A stretch of DNA of 64,000 nucleotides, taken from NCBI RefSeq assembly GCF_000143415.4, contig NW_003314333.1, positions 571,207 through 635,206 on the forward strand, in the 5' to 3' direction. The number at the start of each line of letters is the position of its first letter. Position 1 is the stretch's first letter. A program made the translations under genes and the position numbers. Below, piece after piece: positions 48,601 through 60,015 of the stretch. The notes beneath the pieces were generated by a model. It was not told where the DNA came from. It was given only the letters and a program-made list of their open reading frames with translations, and did not search any database. Source of the stretch: Selaginella moellendorffii (Eukaryota; Plantae; Lycopodiophyta).

Positions 48601-49541
48601 TGATCCTGCATTTATGGTTGAGGCATTTCATGTTTTAACGTCTCGGTTGAGATATACCACACATTCACAAGTACTTATCATCTACAGTCAAATGAATTGG
48701 TGGAATGGCTCGTTCAGACCTTCAAAAGGATAATCGTGAAGGACATGAACTTTTAACATTCATATTAGAATGATTATTTGTCATCTTTTCGATATATATA
48801 TATCATAAGGGTGCAGAGTTCTATTGGTGCTTCACCATATAAATTTATATATAATTATAATCTAATATTGCCAACGAAATTGAGTTTACCTTCACGATTG
48901 CGACAAATTGTCAATGCTAAGTTTTGGGATTAATATTTGACAAACATTCTTCCATTGGTTTGAGCAGAGTTTGCTAAACACATGGGCCACATACAAGTGG
49001 GATAACAATGACATTATAACTTCTATCATCATCCACCTACAAAGTACAAAATGGATAACTTGGTGTTAGTTTGTGTTCTCAATCTTATGGTATATGGTTT
49101 TTTTAAGGGGATTCTTATTTAGTGGAAGAGACCCTATTAAATGTTATGGCAAGTTGGACTGCAAATTTATTAAGTTTGGCATGACATTTAACAAACGGAT
49201 CCTTCAGAAATTATGCATGTGTAACAGCTGAAACACTTCATATAAAAGGATCAAGAATAACTAACACCACCTATAGTTCCATTGATACCTCCTCCTAATG
49301 TTCTTTTAGATCCTATATTCATTAAAGAACTTTAATTGCCTTTCATCTTTCTAAGAGAAGGGGATAATATGTGGATTAAGTGTATGGTTATAATACCGTA
49401 TATTAATTTTAATATTGTTGGATTTTGATAGCCATCTGATTTTTTTTAATGTGGACCACTCGCGCTTGTATATAAGCCAAGGTTTTTGGGCTAATTGATA
49501 TACACATTTTTGTATTTCATTTCTATATTCCATGCACTCAC
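45635..49541 (+). mobile_element. Heavily deaminated copy of the 4799-9830 gypsy family (gag 3' end, pol, 3' LTR), internally deleted
   Basis: Collinear with about 5905-9830. 3' LTR at ~49369-49541 ends catgcactcaca. Confidence 0.85.
45994..46900 (+). mobile_element. Decayed chromovirus-family LTR nested in the decayed gypsy copy
   Basis: Collinear with 24711-25750, including the hexamer array and ccacttgagtaccat. Confidence 0.8.
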
Positions 49542-50472
49542 ACATATAAAGATAATTTATAATAATTTATATTTTTAATATGAAAATGTAGTAAATCTAT
49601 ATTTAGTATATCTAAAATTAAATTTAAAAAGATATTCCTAAGTTTGAAAATCAACCCCTTAAAGTTTAAAAGTAGCTGCTTGATTGGGGAAAAATATAGG
49701 TGGTGTTTAGTGGATGCATTAGTAAGGAATTGTGATGAAAACCTTAGTTTTAAAGTTTTTTCCGTCACTAAAATATAATTTTAATTATTTAAAAATTTAT
49801 ATATTTTAGGTTGATTTCATATTTATAATATTAAAAATTAGCAATATAATAAAATATTTTTAAAATTAAATTAGAAAAACTAAATTTATATATATATATA
49901 TATATATTCTCATGTTTCAATGAACTTTTTTTTACTTAAAATTAAACAAATTATAATTTAAATAATTTATAAACCAATTTAAACAAGTAATTATACATTT
50001 TTATTTTTATTTTCTAACATGTTCATTTGGATTTCAACCAACACTGCAGCAAATTAAAATCACAAAAAACATTTACCTATTTTATTATATCTGCCACAAA
50101 TGTTATCTGGCATGATATATTCCCGAAGTGTGTCCCCAAACAAATTATTATCTCTGGCATATGCTTGCCGTAGTCTGAACTTCAAAAAACGCTTTGCAGG
50201 TTATCTTTTTCTTAAATTTCCTCACTATTGATTCGCTGTCTGTCCACGGAGAAGCTGGCTGGATTCCGCAGCGCATTCATTGGTGGCGGGTAAATAAGAG
50301 GTAGATCTGATCCATGGAATGGAGGGAGTGAAGCAGTCAATCCAGCAACAAACCAATCCAGCAAGAAACCAAAAGGAAAAAGAAATACCGAAGAACACTC
50401 TGTGGCTCTAGAGAAGAGAGAAGAGCAAGCGCTCCCAATATCCATTCCAATTAGCTGCTGCCAAGGTAAGCA

Positions 50473-51252
50473 ATGAGGATCCCAATCCTCCTCTCCATCG
50501 CAATTGCTGCCATCGCCATTGCTGCTCGAGGAGCTCTGGGAGAATCCGGCAACTTCAACATCACCGAGGAGCTGGCCACCAATCCAAAGTACTCCGACTT
50601 CAACACCGTCCTCTCCAAATCCGGCCTCGCCGACACCATCAACGCCATGAACTCCCTCACAGTCTGCGTCCTCACGAACTCCCAGATGGCCACCCTCCGC
50701 TCCACACTCTCCCACGCCGATTCTTCCGATCCCAAGAAGGTGGCCGCGCTCGTCCGCCCCATGATCCTCCTCACCTTCATCGATCCCACCAATCCCAACA
50801 CCGCCAGGAGCATCCGCGGCAGCCAGCAAGTAGCGTCGCTCTACCAGGCCGCCGGAGCCGCCAGCACGGACCAAGGAATCGCCAACCTCACCACCACTCG
50901 CAAGGGATCTCTCCAGATCGTCGCCGCCGGGGGTTCCAACGCCACCATCACCAAGAGCGTCAAGCTCATCGCCTACAACCTCAGCATTGTCGAGGTGAGC
51001 AATCCTCTCCTCCCTACCGGTGTTCTTGGCTCCGACCAGAACGCTCCTGTTGTCTCGGTAGTCCCGTCACCCCCGCCAGTGAAAGCTCCCGCAAAGTCGC
51101 CACCCAGTGCCGCCGAGGATTCGTCTTCCACTCCGGACGAGAGCGACGATCAACCCGACAAGACACCAATCAAATCCGCTGCTGCTCGAGCTTCTCGGCT
51201 CGGATTGGTGGCCTGGCCGCTGCTCCTGCTTCTTGCTGCTCGGAAACTCTAG
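50473..51252 (+). CDS. Fasciclin-like arabinogalactan protein, probably GPI-anchored
   Basis: Signal peptide, FAS1-like region (NITEEL..YSDF, LTVCVLTN, IVEVSNPLLP), Pro/Ala/Ser-rich linker, hydrophobic C-terminus. Confidence 0.8.
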   Translation: MRIPILLSIAIAAIAIAARGALGESGNFNITEELATNPKYSDFNTVLSKSGLADTINAMNSLTVCVLTNSQMATLRSTLSHADSSDPKKVAALVRPMILLTFIDPTNPNTARSIRGSQQVASLYQAAGAASTDQGIANLTTTRKGSLQIVAAGGSNATITKSVKLIAYNLSIVEVSNPLLPTGVLGSDQNAPVVSVVPSPPPVKAPAKSPPSAAEDSSSTPDESDDQPDKTPIKSAAARASRLGLVAWPLLLLLAARKL

Positions 51253-51294
51253 CCTCCTTGCAAATTATCCATGGATCTTCCAGATCTAAAAAGC

Positions 51295-53139
51295 TTATAC
51301 CACGCTCTTTATCCTGGCTTTCCTCCGGAGTCGGTTCCTCCTGAGGATCTCCCTCCGACGCTTTCTTTCTTCCATCCTCGCAGCGATTTCGAGCTTCTTT
51401 TCTTCTTCCTCCGGTTGGAATGGCCGAGGCTGCTGGAACTGCTTTGGGATTGGCATTATCTCCGATCTCGTCTGTGCAACTTCCAGCGGGTGCCTCGCGA
51501 GTGAGAATGGCATGTTTGGAACGTCGGTGTCCAGCCAAGTAGCCAGATCTACGTGTTTAGGCAGTAGCTTCTTACGCAAAACACCGTAGACGTCTTCCAC
51601 AACCTTGGGTCTTAACACCACCTCGGTTTTGCGTTGCTGGTCTTGGCTCCTGGGATCGTCAAGGCCTTCACGAAAATTCCCTGATCCATCGACTACTCCA
51701 GAGCGAACTAGGAGATCCATTACGCTCGCATAGTCCGGAGTAATTCCATAGCTCTCGACCATGATGATCAGCTGCTCACGAGCATCATCCAGTTTTCCTT
51801 CTCGACAGCACCCAAACACCAGCGCTCTGAAACTCTCGGCATGCGGAGCTGTACCATCGAGCTGCATTGTCCTGAAGAGCCTCAAGGCTTCACAGCTATG
51901 CCCGTTAGAGGCATACGCAGCAACGATCGCAGACCAGGGAAGAACTCCAAGACCGTCCTTGCTCGAAACCATCATCTTGTCGAAACATTTTCGAGCGCTT
52001 TCCAAGCATCCACAGCTCCCATACAAGTTCACCAATCCAGCCCCGATCCTTCCATGAGCCTGAAAAATCTCTGGCATCCTCGAGTGCACGAGTCGTCCAA
52101 CCTCGAGCTTTCGAGCGCTGGCACAAGCCTCCAACACGAGTATGTAAGTGATGGGAAAGAAAACCATTTCCTTCGAGCGTTGGAAGATCTTGAGAGCATC
52201 TTTGTGACGGCCATTGGCAGCGTAGACAGCCACCAGCAGCGTCTTCGTGAGCTTGCTCTCAATCTGGTCCTTCTCCGAGTAGCTCAAAAAGATTTTCCTG
52301 GCCCTCGAAACACTCCCGCAGAAACCATACATGCAAAGGAGTGAGTTCTTCACTTTCCAGTGGCTCTCGAGGCCCGACTCCACGATATGAGAGTGCAAAG
52401 CTCGCCCCTCCGCGAGACTCTTCAAGTGGATGCAAGCGTCCAGAGCTGTGACGAATCCAATCCTCACAGGCTTCATCCCATCACACAGCATTCCCTTGTA
52501 GAGATCCAGCGACTCCTTGAAACAGCCCTCGTTGGAATGAAGCGCGATCATCCCAGTCCACGACACAACATCCCGGCAGGGCATCTGGAAGAAGATTTCT
52601 CTAGCCCGGCCAAGATGCCCATTGTGGGCATATGCGATGATCATCAAGATCGAAGAGAAAGCGTTCCTGTTCGCGCCCAGAGCATCAAACACCGACCTTG
52701 CATCCTCCACAGCCCCGCATTTCCCATAGAGCTTGATAAGAAGATTGCCCAAGAAGACGCTGTCGCCCAAGCCCCTCTTGACGATCCTCTCGTGCATCCA
52801 CTTGCCCGTGGACAATGCCCCTGGCTCCAAGCAGCTCAGGAGAATCGTGGCATACTTCTCCTCGCGCCGGCTCCTCCGGCGGCGATCCAGCCGCGACTCC
52901 TCTCTCGCCGCGCGCGAGGAAGAAACCCGCTGCGTCCTGTCCCCGCCGTGGATCCCTATCCTGTCCCGCCAATCCATGATCATCTGGGCGTACGCCGCCC
53001 ATCGCGATCCCTCCATCCGCCGAGAGACATAGCTCAGGAAGCTCCCGGGCAGGTCCCCCATTTGCCTCCCAGCGTATCTTCCGAAAGGCATCGTCTTCAT
53101 CGCTGCCCCCGGCCGCAGCCGCCATGCCTGGCGACCCAT
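51295..53139 (-). CDS. PLS-type PPR protein with N-terminal DUF3820-like motif, no DYW domain
   Basis: LYGKCGAVEDARSVFD and RDVVSWT repeats. N-terminal MPFGRYAGRQMGDLPGSFLSYVS. Charged C-terminus. Confidence 0.8.
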   Translation of the reverse strand: MGRQAWRLRPGAAMKTMPFGRYAGRQMGDLPGSFLSYVSRRMEGSRWAAYAQMIMDWRDRIGIHGGDRTQRVSSSRAAREESRLDRRRRSRREEKYATILLSCLEPGALSTGKWMHERIVKRGLGDSVFLGNLLIKLYGKCGAVEDARSVFDALGANRNAFSSILMIIAYAHNGHLGRAREIFFQMPCRDVVSWTGMIALHSNEGCFKESLDLYKGMLCDGMKPVRIGFVTALDACIHLKSLAEGRALHSHIVESGLESHWKVKNSLLCMYGFCGSVSRARKIFLSYSEKDQIESKLTKTLLVAVYAANGRHKDALKIFQRSKEMVFFPITYILVLEACASARKLEVGRLVHSRMPEIFQAHGRIGAGLVNLYGSCGCLESARKCFDKMMVSSKDGLGVLPWSAIVAAYASNGHSCEALRLFRTMQLDGTAPHAESFRALVFGCCREGKLDDAREQLIIMVESYGITPDYASVMDLLVRSGVVDGSGNFREGLDDPRSQDQQRKTEVVLRPKVVEDVYGVLRKKLLPKHVDLATWLDTDVPNMPFSLARHPLEVAQTRSEIMPIPKQFQQPRPFQPEEEEKKLEIAARMEERKRRREILRRNRLRRKARIKSVV

Positions 53140-53351
53140 TCTCCTCCATAGCCAAGCGCTTTGACCCTAGAATCTAGATTGAATTTATGCTTTATAGTTG
53201 ACTACGTTAATCTCAAACATTATCCCGTCACCCCAGAGTGGAACAGCTGGGATCTCTGGGATCTCTTGGATTCGGAGTAAAGAACTGTGATTGGTTTGCT
53301 ATGCTCAGCAGCGTTCCTTCCATTAGAAACAAAACTACTTCCCCAAGCCTT

Positions 53352-54135
53352 CTATTCTTCAACTCTATCTATGACTGCTCTGCCGAATCGATCATAACCG
53401 AGTGCTGCTGCCTCTGAGATGTAGCCTTCTCTGAAAAACGGCCATAGAGAGCTCTCAGTATCTGGGATGAATTTGCTCACAAAACTCGAAAGGAACTCAT
53501 CTGCATTGAAATCCTCGTCGTCACCATCGTTGTCACCAGGGCCTCCAACGTACTGGACCATCCCCATGTCGATGCAAAACACCTGAGCGTGGCCTCCCAC
53601 AACGAATTCGATGTCAGCTCCATTGAAGCCGCCCTTGAAGTGCATCCTGGCAAGAAGGCGAGCTTCGTCGGTGACGACTTTAGAAAGGTCCAGCTCCTGC
53701 TCGAGACCAAAAACCTGGTTGTTCTTCACCAAAAGCTCCGGTCTTTCAAAAAACGTTTTACTATCCAGCTCCTCCAGCCATCTCAACCGCAGATCCCACG
53801 GCACTTTTGGCCTGCCGTCCCATTCTCCTGGAAAGTATAAGCTTCTCAAACGTTCTTCCAAGTTATCATCCATCGTGACTCTTTCCTGTAGGATGCACGG
53901 ACCTCCCATGTTAAGTGGACCATCTTCAAGTAATCCGAAGCATCGTGGAACTGATATGTCAATGCCTTCACAAAGCTTACGCGATTCCTGGAGAAATTCG
54001 ACCTCCATCTCTGCTTGTTCCTGGGAACAGCTCACAGTCTTCTTGATCACTTTAAGAACTCTATCGGTTGTTGTCTGATAGAACACCATTCCATACTGGC
54101 CAGAGGATAGAGACACGAGATCAATGCCATTCCTG
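53352..54135 (-). CDS. Atypical kinase-like protein (DUF3669-like), last exon
   Basis: SSGQYGMVF Gly loop, VLK, ILQERV, ADIEFVVGG, FCIDMG. Confidence 0.55.
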
Positions 54136-54599
54136 TAAAGAAAATTTTATCATCTCAGAATCTTAAAATCAATTATATACTTACGTTCCATCAATTGGAA
54201 AGTCCCACGTTGAAAGCATACGTTCCATCAAATTCTCAAGTGTAGCTCTCTCTTCTGATTGTTCTCCAACTCCACTTTCCAATGCGGTTCTAAGTTTTTG
54301 ATAGAATAGAAAAGCCGGTTGATTAAGCGACATTCGAAGATCTTGCACATCTCTATCATTGCCATTTTCCTGAAAACAATGAAAACAATAATCAATAGCT
54401 TTCCAGAAGCTTTTGAAACCAGACTTACCTCCATGAACTTTACGGCTGCCGCAAAAAAAACACTTTCATGGCATACGAAGGTAGCAAAGGATTCGTTGGT
54501 GTCGACTTTTATGAGGCGTGCGACGCTTAAATATCTGCCAACCATGACAACTTTTCTCACCAGCGTGACGAAAGTCTTATCAATAGCAAGAGAATCCTG

Positions 54600-57258
54600 G
54601 AAATCAAAAATTCAATACGTAAACTAAACAATCAATCAACTAACCAGTGTTGTAATAAAGCTTTCCAGCTCGAGCATTGCAGCCAGTAAGGCATCGGGGA
54701 TGGATCCTGTGTTGAAGCGCCATACGGAAAACACAAGCCTTGATACTCGTAGTAGTGCTCCCTGCCATGCAGCATGCCGCGCACGAAGCAAAGACGAATC
54801 TGAAAGCAGCAGCAGCTCAGAAGCTCTTCTCGACTCTTGGTGCTCAAAGCCAGCAGCAAGCATAAAATACATTGAAGACGTTTCTATGCGGCCAAAGAAG
54901 TCGAAGAACTGTCGAACATTCCATAACGCAGGCTTCGATGACGCTAAAATCTCTTGAAGCAAATCCACGGGCCTCTTTATGACGATTACGATTGCTGCCT
55001 GAGAAGTAAGTAGGACTGCTCTCCTTGCTGAAAGAAGATGTTGCGTGTGAACTTCTGGAAGCGACCACAGAGCTCGTGCCGCAGCAACTTGTCCTAAGTC
55101 CAAGTCCTTTAGAAAACTCGCCGATGCCATACGGAGTTCATCTACAGGAGGCAGGATGTCCGCAAAAGCAAGCACTTCCTCGTCGACCTGAAAGCTTGCC
55201 CCCTGATACCGTACTACGAGACGAGAAGTAGACGCTAGGAACAGCGCTCCAGCTGAGTAGTAACCATCCTTCGCAATAATCTGTGGATATCCTGTGCATA
55301 TAAAGCCATCTGATCGCCAAGCAACCGTCTCCACAATCCTGAAATCGCTGCTCACGTAGACTTGGTTCCCGTTGCACAAAACTGCCACCAAAACTTTATC
55401 CGAGGATGCTGCTACACGCGAGAGCGGAGTGATGGAGATGGCATCTGTGACAACCACCTCGCCAACTTCCCGGCAGCTATGAAGGTCAATCGCTGTAATC
55501 TTCTTCTCCGACCGCGAGTATAACAGGTGCCTCTCTTCGTCATAACATAGCTGCAAAACCAGCGTCCTTCGCCTGCAATGAGCTCTTTTAAACACTTGGA
55601 GAAGAAATTTTCAAAAACGAAATACCTGACGAAGGAGAAGAATCCACCAGTAAGTCTCTGGAAGTAAGCTTCCGTCAGCTTGTAAACATGACCATCAAGA
55701 CCACCCAGAAAAATCTCCTGCCTGGATGCTTCAATACAGGTAACCAGAACATTTCCTGTGGGTATTGATGACACTTTTACAAGCTCAAGTGAAAGTAGAA
55801 TCACCTGGAAATAAAAAACATTGCCAATCACTAACAATTCTATTCTAGCTCTCGAACTTACCTCCGTGGAGGATGCCAAGACTATATTCTGCTCTTTAGC
55901 TCCCACAGCCCTCCATTCATCACCAGGTTGGCATGGATACCGCAGCAGTTTCCCATCCCTGCAAGAGAAAAAAACGTAGTTAGTTTTTTTTTTCAAAAAT
56001 ACTACATCTGACCCTTCAATCCTCCAGAGAAAAAAAAATCTCTCCGATATTGCCCACGCCCTTGCGATCAAGGGAAGAAAACCACAAGAATGTATTCCTC
56101 CAGTCCTTACGTCCTCTGGAATGGAGCTTGCCGTGATCGAAGTAAAATGATCCATCTCCACAAGAACAAACAAGAACAATCAGAGCTAGGACGGAAAAAA
56201 AAAGGAGAGAAACCTCGAGTTGCCCTCTCGATCGAAATTCTTGTGAATGCTGAGCAGCAGCCGCGGCCTAGAAAAAGAAAGAAATGAGAAAACAACGCAC
56301 ATTCCCTCTCAAAGCTCATACCTGTTCCAATAGGCTTCCGTATACATCACCGTCCCTGTCAATTCCAAGCACCATGCTGTAAAACCCTCAAATCTCCTCT
56401 AGCTAATCAGCAACTTACCATCCATTTCGCTTATTGAGTAATCCAGCTTAGCTGTAATTAACCAGCTCCATTCTGTGAAACTAGCATAAAACAGAGGAAA
56501 GGAATTTCGTTAACAGCGCTACCTGTTCATACGAATTCATGTCCACATTCGAGGCCTTGAAGACAAGCAGCATCACTGACCTTCGGCGTGATCTTGCGCT
56601 GCTCCTTTTTTCCCTCTCGAATCACCCCCTGCTGGAAACAAAAATCAGTGCAAACTTCTACAGCATTGAAGACCGATAAAGAAAGTGAAGGACCTTAAGA
56701 ACTGGAGGTACTTTGTGATCACTGTTACTGCCGATTGATCGAAGTACCTGTTGCTGTCATCCAAAGCTTGGAGCTTCTCGAGGTTGAGCTTCGTGTGTTC
56801 GTTGCTCCTGAATCGCCAATAACAAACAAATCCATCAACTGAGGCATGAGCAAATGCAAAGCTTACTCGCAACATATTCAGGTTCGTACTCCGGGATAGC
56901 GCATGAGGTACCTCGCTGTCGATTGATCGAGCTTGTGATCCCTTCCAGAGCAGGAAAAACGAAGGTTGGAAACATCAAACATCATGCGAATCGCTGATGA
57001 AGGCTAAGTCGTACCTTGAAGACGATTCGACGGAGAGAGTCGTGTTTCAACAGTTGTGATGATACCTGAAAGGATAATCGATTTGGGGCAAAATCTAAAA
57101 GGCATACCACTCCATACCAGTCTTACTAGCATCGCTCCTGCTGCTGCGCCGCGAAGCACGAGAGTAATCTTTGCTGCAGCCATGAGATCCAACACCTCCC
57201 TGTTGCTTAGCAACCCTCGGGAACTCAAGATCTCCCTACTCATTGCCAGACTTACCAA
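54600..57258 (-). CDS. Multi-exon diverged Nup155/Nup170-like gene (N-terminal part)
   Basis: CGFLPLIARAWAISERFFFLWR, IFLGGLDGHVYKL, DEERHLLYSRS, TQHLLSARR, RPVDLLQEIL and SRLVFSVW parallel plant Nup155 motifs. Short GT-AG introns. Exon limits approximate. Confidence 0.65.
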
Positions 57259-57431
57259 ACCTACAAAAATAGAATGTGGTACAAGCTTCGGCCTAGGTTA
57301 GGAACCAGACCTACTGTTAAGTTTAGTAAGTCAGCTTCTCCCTTTTAGCCATTAGATATTTGCCATCCGACGGCTAGAAATGCCCTAAGTTTTGAAAGGG
57401 GGATTTCAACCCTAAATCCCCGAGGGAGACA

Positions 57432-58546
57432 ATGGACAAGCGACGCAACTCCGCCGATTCAAGACTGGAGATTTACGGTGAGCTAGGAATGAAGCGCGAT
57501 GAGCGCCTCACTCTCGACTTCGTGGGTCACACGTTCGTGGTTATGGACACGCACGAGGACAAGATCCTGTTCGTCCGCGACCGCATTCGCGAACGCTTCC
57601 ACAGTTATGTCATCTTTTGTAACACCGCTGATTCGGTGGCGCTCGTCTCCAGCGCCCTCCTCTCTCCAGCGAATGACATGAAATACAATCCTTTCGACAC
57701 CTTTCTCGCCGGTGACGAGTACAAGTTTCGTCGGAGACCGCGAGCGCTGGTTACAAACAGCGATCTCAGGTAGACAAAATTGAATTTTTGTGACTCTTAC
57801 GTTTGTTTCTCTCAGGGACGAGCGGCTGTTTGATGATCTCGACGGGAATCTGGTGGTAAACTATGACATTCCAGACGATCTGGCGACGTATTACTACCGT
57901 GCTGCAAGAGTTCATCACGACTGTCGCTCCAAAGCAGTTGTTAATCTTGTTTTCAAAGAAGAGTTGCACAAGCTGATGCGTCACGAGGAGCTGCTGCGGC
58001 TGGAGATCTTGCCTAGCCGTCTTATCAATGTTCACATCGACTGGGAGTACGTATTTGTATAAACCTCTTTCTTCTCTTTGTTCTTGACAAGCTTTTGCTC
58101 GATCGCGTAGTGATCCACCATTAGGAAGAGGCTCACTTACACAGCTCCAAGTCGCGGCTGGACGAGTGAGCATGGATGAATATCGCAGGTTTGACGAAAC
58201 AAGAGGGTAAGAATGTAAAATCTTTTCAAGTAAAAAACTCAACCTGTTGGTCTCAGGGAAGAAAGACGCAGGGAGAAGGCTCAGCGGACGGAAGCGGCGG
58301 GAAGGCAAGCATTAATATTTTTCGTGTCTCTGACTGTTTTTCTATCTCAGGGTCTCCTTGAGGGTGCCATGGTTTCACATTGAGGATCTAATCGAGCAGC
58401 CAAAAGCACGAAGCAAGAATGTTATCGAGCGCCCGAAGCAAGAAAGCAAGAAAAGAAAGGCAGTGGACACTACTATCGAGCCCCCAAAGCGTTCTCGTTT
58501 GTTGCATAGTCTCTTGGCATGGTTTGGTTATCCTGACTGTATATAA
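57432..58546 (+). CDS. Degenerate DEAD-box helicase C-terminal-domain-only protein, copy 1 (multi-exon)
   Basis: VIFCNT, RALVTNSDL, LVVNYDIP..YYYRAAR resemble eIF4A-type motifs IV-VI. KKRKA NLS-like tail. Confidence 0.6.
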
Positions 58547-58920
58547 AGTGATCTTTTCCGTGATCGATGAAACTTTTAAAAGTTTCTTCTGGTTCATGGA
58601 AAAGATCTTCAGGCAAAGAAAGTGAGATCTTTCCTAAATTCTTATAGCTCGAGCTAAACTTCTTAATTTTGCATAGGAGATTCATTGCTCTAAACCTTCA
58701 ATTCTAGTATTTCCTGATGTCGAGATGTGTTTGCTGCGTTGAATCGTAAGTCAAGTAAAAAAATCCTTGCAAGTCAAAAATCCTAAGGATTTGATTCCAC
58801 CAGGAGGAAGATTTTGTAGAGCCTTTTCGGCTAGATGCACCCACAGCTTCTGACTGGCTAGAGCCACAAGTTTTAAAAACTAGACTAGCTAGAAATGCCC
58901 TAAGTTTTGAAACGGAGACC

Positions 58921-60015
58921 ATGGACAAGCGACGCACCGCCGCGGATTCAAGGCTGGAGATTTACGGTGAGCTAGGAATGAAGCGCGATGAGCGCCTCAC
59001 TCTCGGCTTCGTGGGTCACACATTCGTGGTTATGGACACGCACGAGGACAAGATCCTGTTCGTCCGCGACCGCATTCGCGAACGCTTCCACAGTTATGTC
59101 ATCTTTTGTAACACCGCTGATTCGGTGGCGCTCGTCTCCAGCGCCCTCCTCTCTCCAGCGAATGACATGAAATACAATCCTTTCGACACCTTTCTCGCCG
59201 CTGACGAGTACAAGTTTCGTCGGAGACCGCGAGCGCTGGTCACAAACAGCGATCTCAGGTAGACAAAATCGAATTCTTGCGACTCTTACGTTTGTCTCCC
59301 TCAGGGACGAGCGGCTGTTTGATGATCTCAGAGGGAATCTGGTGGTAAACTATGACATCCCAGACGATCTAGCGACGTATTACTACCGTGCTGCAAGAGT
59401 TCATAACCGCTGTTCCTCCAAAGCAGTTGTTAATCTTGTATTCAAGGAGGAACTGCAAAAGCTGATGCGTTACGAGGAGCTGCTGCGGCTGGAGATCTTA
59501 CCTAGCCGTCTTATCAAGCTTCACATCTACTGGGAGTACGTATTTTACAGTCCTCTTTCTTCTCTTTGTTCTTGACAGGTTTTTGTAGTGATCCACCCTT
59601 GGAAAAAGGCTCACTTACACAGCTTCAAGTCGCGGCTGGACGAGTGAGCATGGATGAGTATCGCAGGTTTGACGAAACAAGAGGGTAAGAATGTAAAATC
59701 TTTTCGAGTGTAGAAACTCACCCTGTGGGTGTCAGGGAAGAAAGACGTAGGGAGAAGGCTCAGCGGATGGAGGGAAGGCAAGCATTAATACTTTTCGTGT
59801 CTCTGACTGTGTTTCTCTATCTTAGGATCTCCTTGAAGGTGCCATGGTCTTACATCGAGAATTTAATCGAGCAGCCAAAGGCACGAAGCAAGAAAGTGGA
59901 CACTATCGAGCCCCCGAAGCGAGGAAGCAAGAAAAGAAAGGCAGTGGACACTACTATCGAGCCGCCAAAGCGTCCTCGTTTGTTGCATAGATTCTTGGCA
60001 TGGTTTGGATTGTAA
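58921..60015 (+). CDS. Degenerate DEAD-box helicase C-terminal-domain-only protein, copy 2 (tandem duplicate)
   Basis: Near-identical exon 1 and the same exon structure as copy 1. Confidence 0.6.
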
